From the NCBI RefSeq assembly GCF_037042905.1, contig NC_087245.1, positions 35,774,001 through 35,838,000 of the forward strand: DNA of 64,000 nt. The letters run 5' to 3'. The notes under the pieces are model-generated. The model did not search any database, was not told the DNA's origin, and was given only the letters and a program-made list of their open reading frames with translations. The position numbers were made by a program, and so were the translations under genes. Positions 62,225 through 64,000 of this stretch are shown one piece after another (positions within the stretch are counted from its first letter, which is position 1; the number at the start of each line of letters is the position of its first letter). Source of the DNA: Lytechinus pictus. Lineage: Eukaryota.

Positions 62225-62891
62225 GTAAATTCACATTTTCATTATATATATCATTATTACAGAATAAATAACAAACATATATAGTCGGGTCCGCAGGGGC
62301 AGGGGCGTCGATCCATTTTTCAGATGGGGGGGGGGGGCAAAATCATAAATCAACGTTCCAAAGGCGCTCGATCACACAAAACGAACAAACTGACCCACAC
62401 ACACACACACACACCCTCACACACATAGGCCTATATATATTCATTTATGACTCATAAGAAAGAGATACACATCTCAACAACAAATTAATATGCGAACGCG
62501 AAGCGCGAGGTGAAATATTTTAGTATACTGACCTGGAAACAGGAAAAAGGTACCTGTTTGTAATGACTCATGAGGAGGATATATACATTTATTTCACTAA
62601 CAGATAATGCGAGTGCCGATAGCGAGCTGAAATTTATTTATATATTGACCTGAAAGCTTGATAATCTAAGTATTTTTGGTACCAATGATTAAGATGGGTA
62701 TCTAAATGTACAATAGATGCGAGCGCGAAGCGCGAGCTGAAAATTTTGATATTTTGATATGAAAAAAATGACAGTTTAATGGACGTTTTTAATAAAGAAC
62801 AAGATATATATCCAACAAAAGATTGTTGCAAATCGAAGCGGGAGTTCTTTTGAGGTTTAGAACTGAAAACGGGACAATTTCACCTATTTAA

Positions 62892-64000
62892 AGGTCAAGT
62901 CCGCCCCAGAATATTGTTGATTTGAATGGATAGAGAAAAATCAAACGAACATAACACTGAAAATTTCATCAAAATCGGATGTAGAATAAGAAAGTTATGA
63001 CATTTTAAAGTTTTGCTTATTTTTCACGAAACAGTTATATGCAGAACTCAATGATATGCAAATGAGAGAGTCGATGATGTCACTCACTCACTCACTATTT
63101 CTTTTGTTTTTTATTGTTTGATTTATACAATATTTCAATATTTACATATTTGACCATTGGGACCAACTTGATTTAATCACAAACTGTTAAAATAATGGTA
63201 ATTGCACCTGTTCAGGGAGGAATAATAGTTCGTTCCACATGACGATGAGGAGAAAATTAGAATTTTTCATATTTCATATACTTAAAGGAGAATGAAACCC
63301 TTGAAACCAGCTGAATCCATATCAAAGAGAAAAATCAAAGAAACACATTGTTGAAAGTTTGAGGAAGATTGAATGAATAATAAGAAAGTTATGAGCATTT
63401 GAATATTGAGATCACTAATGCCATGTAGATCCTCCCATTGGCAATGCGACCAAGATCTGTGATGTCACACACGTACAACTCCCTCATTACTTAAGTACTT
63501 ATTTCACTTATATTCTCACTTTTATAGAGTCTATCACAAGGTGAGGTGTTCTCTTTATGAGAGGACAAGTACAGAGGTTTCACAACATTATATCATTGAT
63601 GAATCGTTTGTCATATGATTAGAATGAGCAAAAAGAGATGTTTTGGGGTATATTTTCAGTGTCCAAAAGGGGAGAGTTGTTCATCTGTGACATCATAGAT
63701 CTTGGTCGCATTGCCAATGGGAGGATCTCCATAGCATTAGTGATCTCGACATTCAAATGCTCATAACTCTTCTATTGCTAGTCCTATTTTACTCAAACTT
63801 TTGTTGATCTCATTCTTTGATTTTTCTGCTTTCACAAAAGCTAACTTGCTCCAAGAGTTTCATTCTCCTTTAAATAAAAAAGAAATAGTGAGTGGGTGAC
63901 GTCATCTGCCTGCTCATTAATTTGCATACCGACCAGGATGTGCATATAACTGTTTTGTGAAATTAAGCAAAACTTAAAAATGCCATAACTTTCTTATTTT
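62892..64000. mobile_element. Duplicate of the nested Kolobok-like MITE pair
   Basis: Matches 21715-22823; inner element 63286-63869. Confidence 0.88.

Larger units (their letters stand above)
55464..64000 (+). other. Duplicated segment (second copy of 14447-22823), running off the window end
   Basis: Collinear near-identical sequence with offset ~41.0-41.4 kb, including the LINE fragment, MITEs, N-runs and exons. Confidence 0.97.

Overview
AT-rich, repeat-dense eukaryotic (metazoan) genomic DNA. The repeat families suggest an echinoderm such as a sea urchin, but that is inference. Three genes are visible. (1) A complete 16-exon NRF-6/OACYL-like O-acyltransferase on + (846-28880, ~695 aa, all splice phases consistent). 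(2) An unrecognised two-coding-exon gene on - (32205-35236), with a predicted coiled coil and a disordered tail rich in RRxS/T motifs. (3) The terminal exon of a two-pore-domain (K2P, TWK/TRESK-like) K+ channel on - (53673-55225). About 240 bp upstream of that channel exon, an ungapped junction at ~55464 begins a near-identical second copy of 14447-22823. This copy carries acyltransferase exons 8-12 and differs by TE and indel polymorphisms, so it is either a ~41-kb tandem duplication or an uncollapsed haplotype. Introns and intergenic DNA hold many MITEs (Tc1/mariner-, Kolobok-, Harbinger- and hAT-like), tRNA-derived SINEs and LINE fragments. There is also a Helentron/DINE-like element whose 157-bp internal satellite is packed with AGGTCA nuclear-receptor direct repeats, and a decayed two-exon fragment with TALE-homeodomain-like spacing. 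No CRISPR, rRNA or bona fide tRNA was found. All calls are from manual reading, with no database searches.
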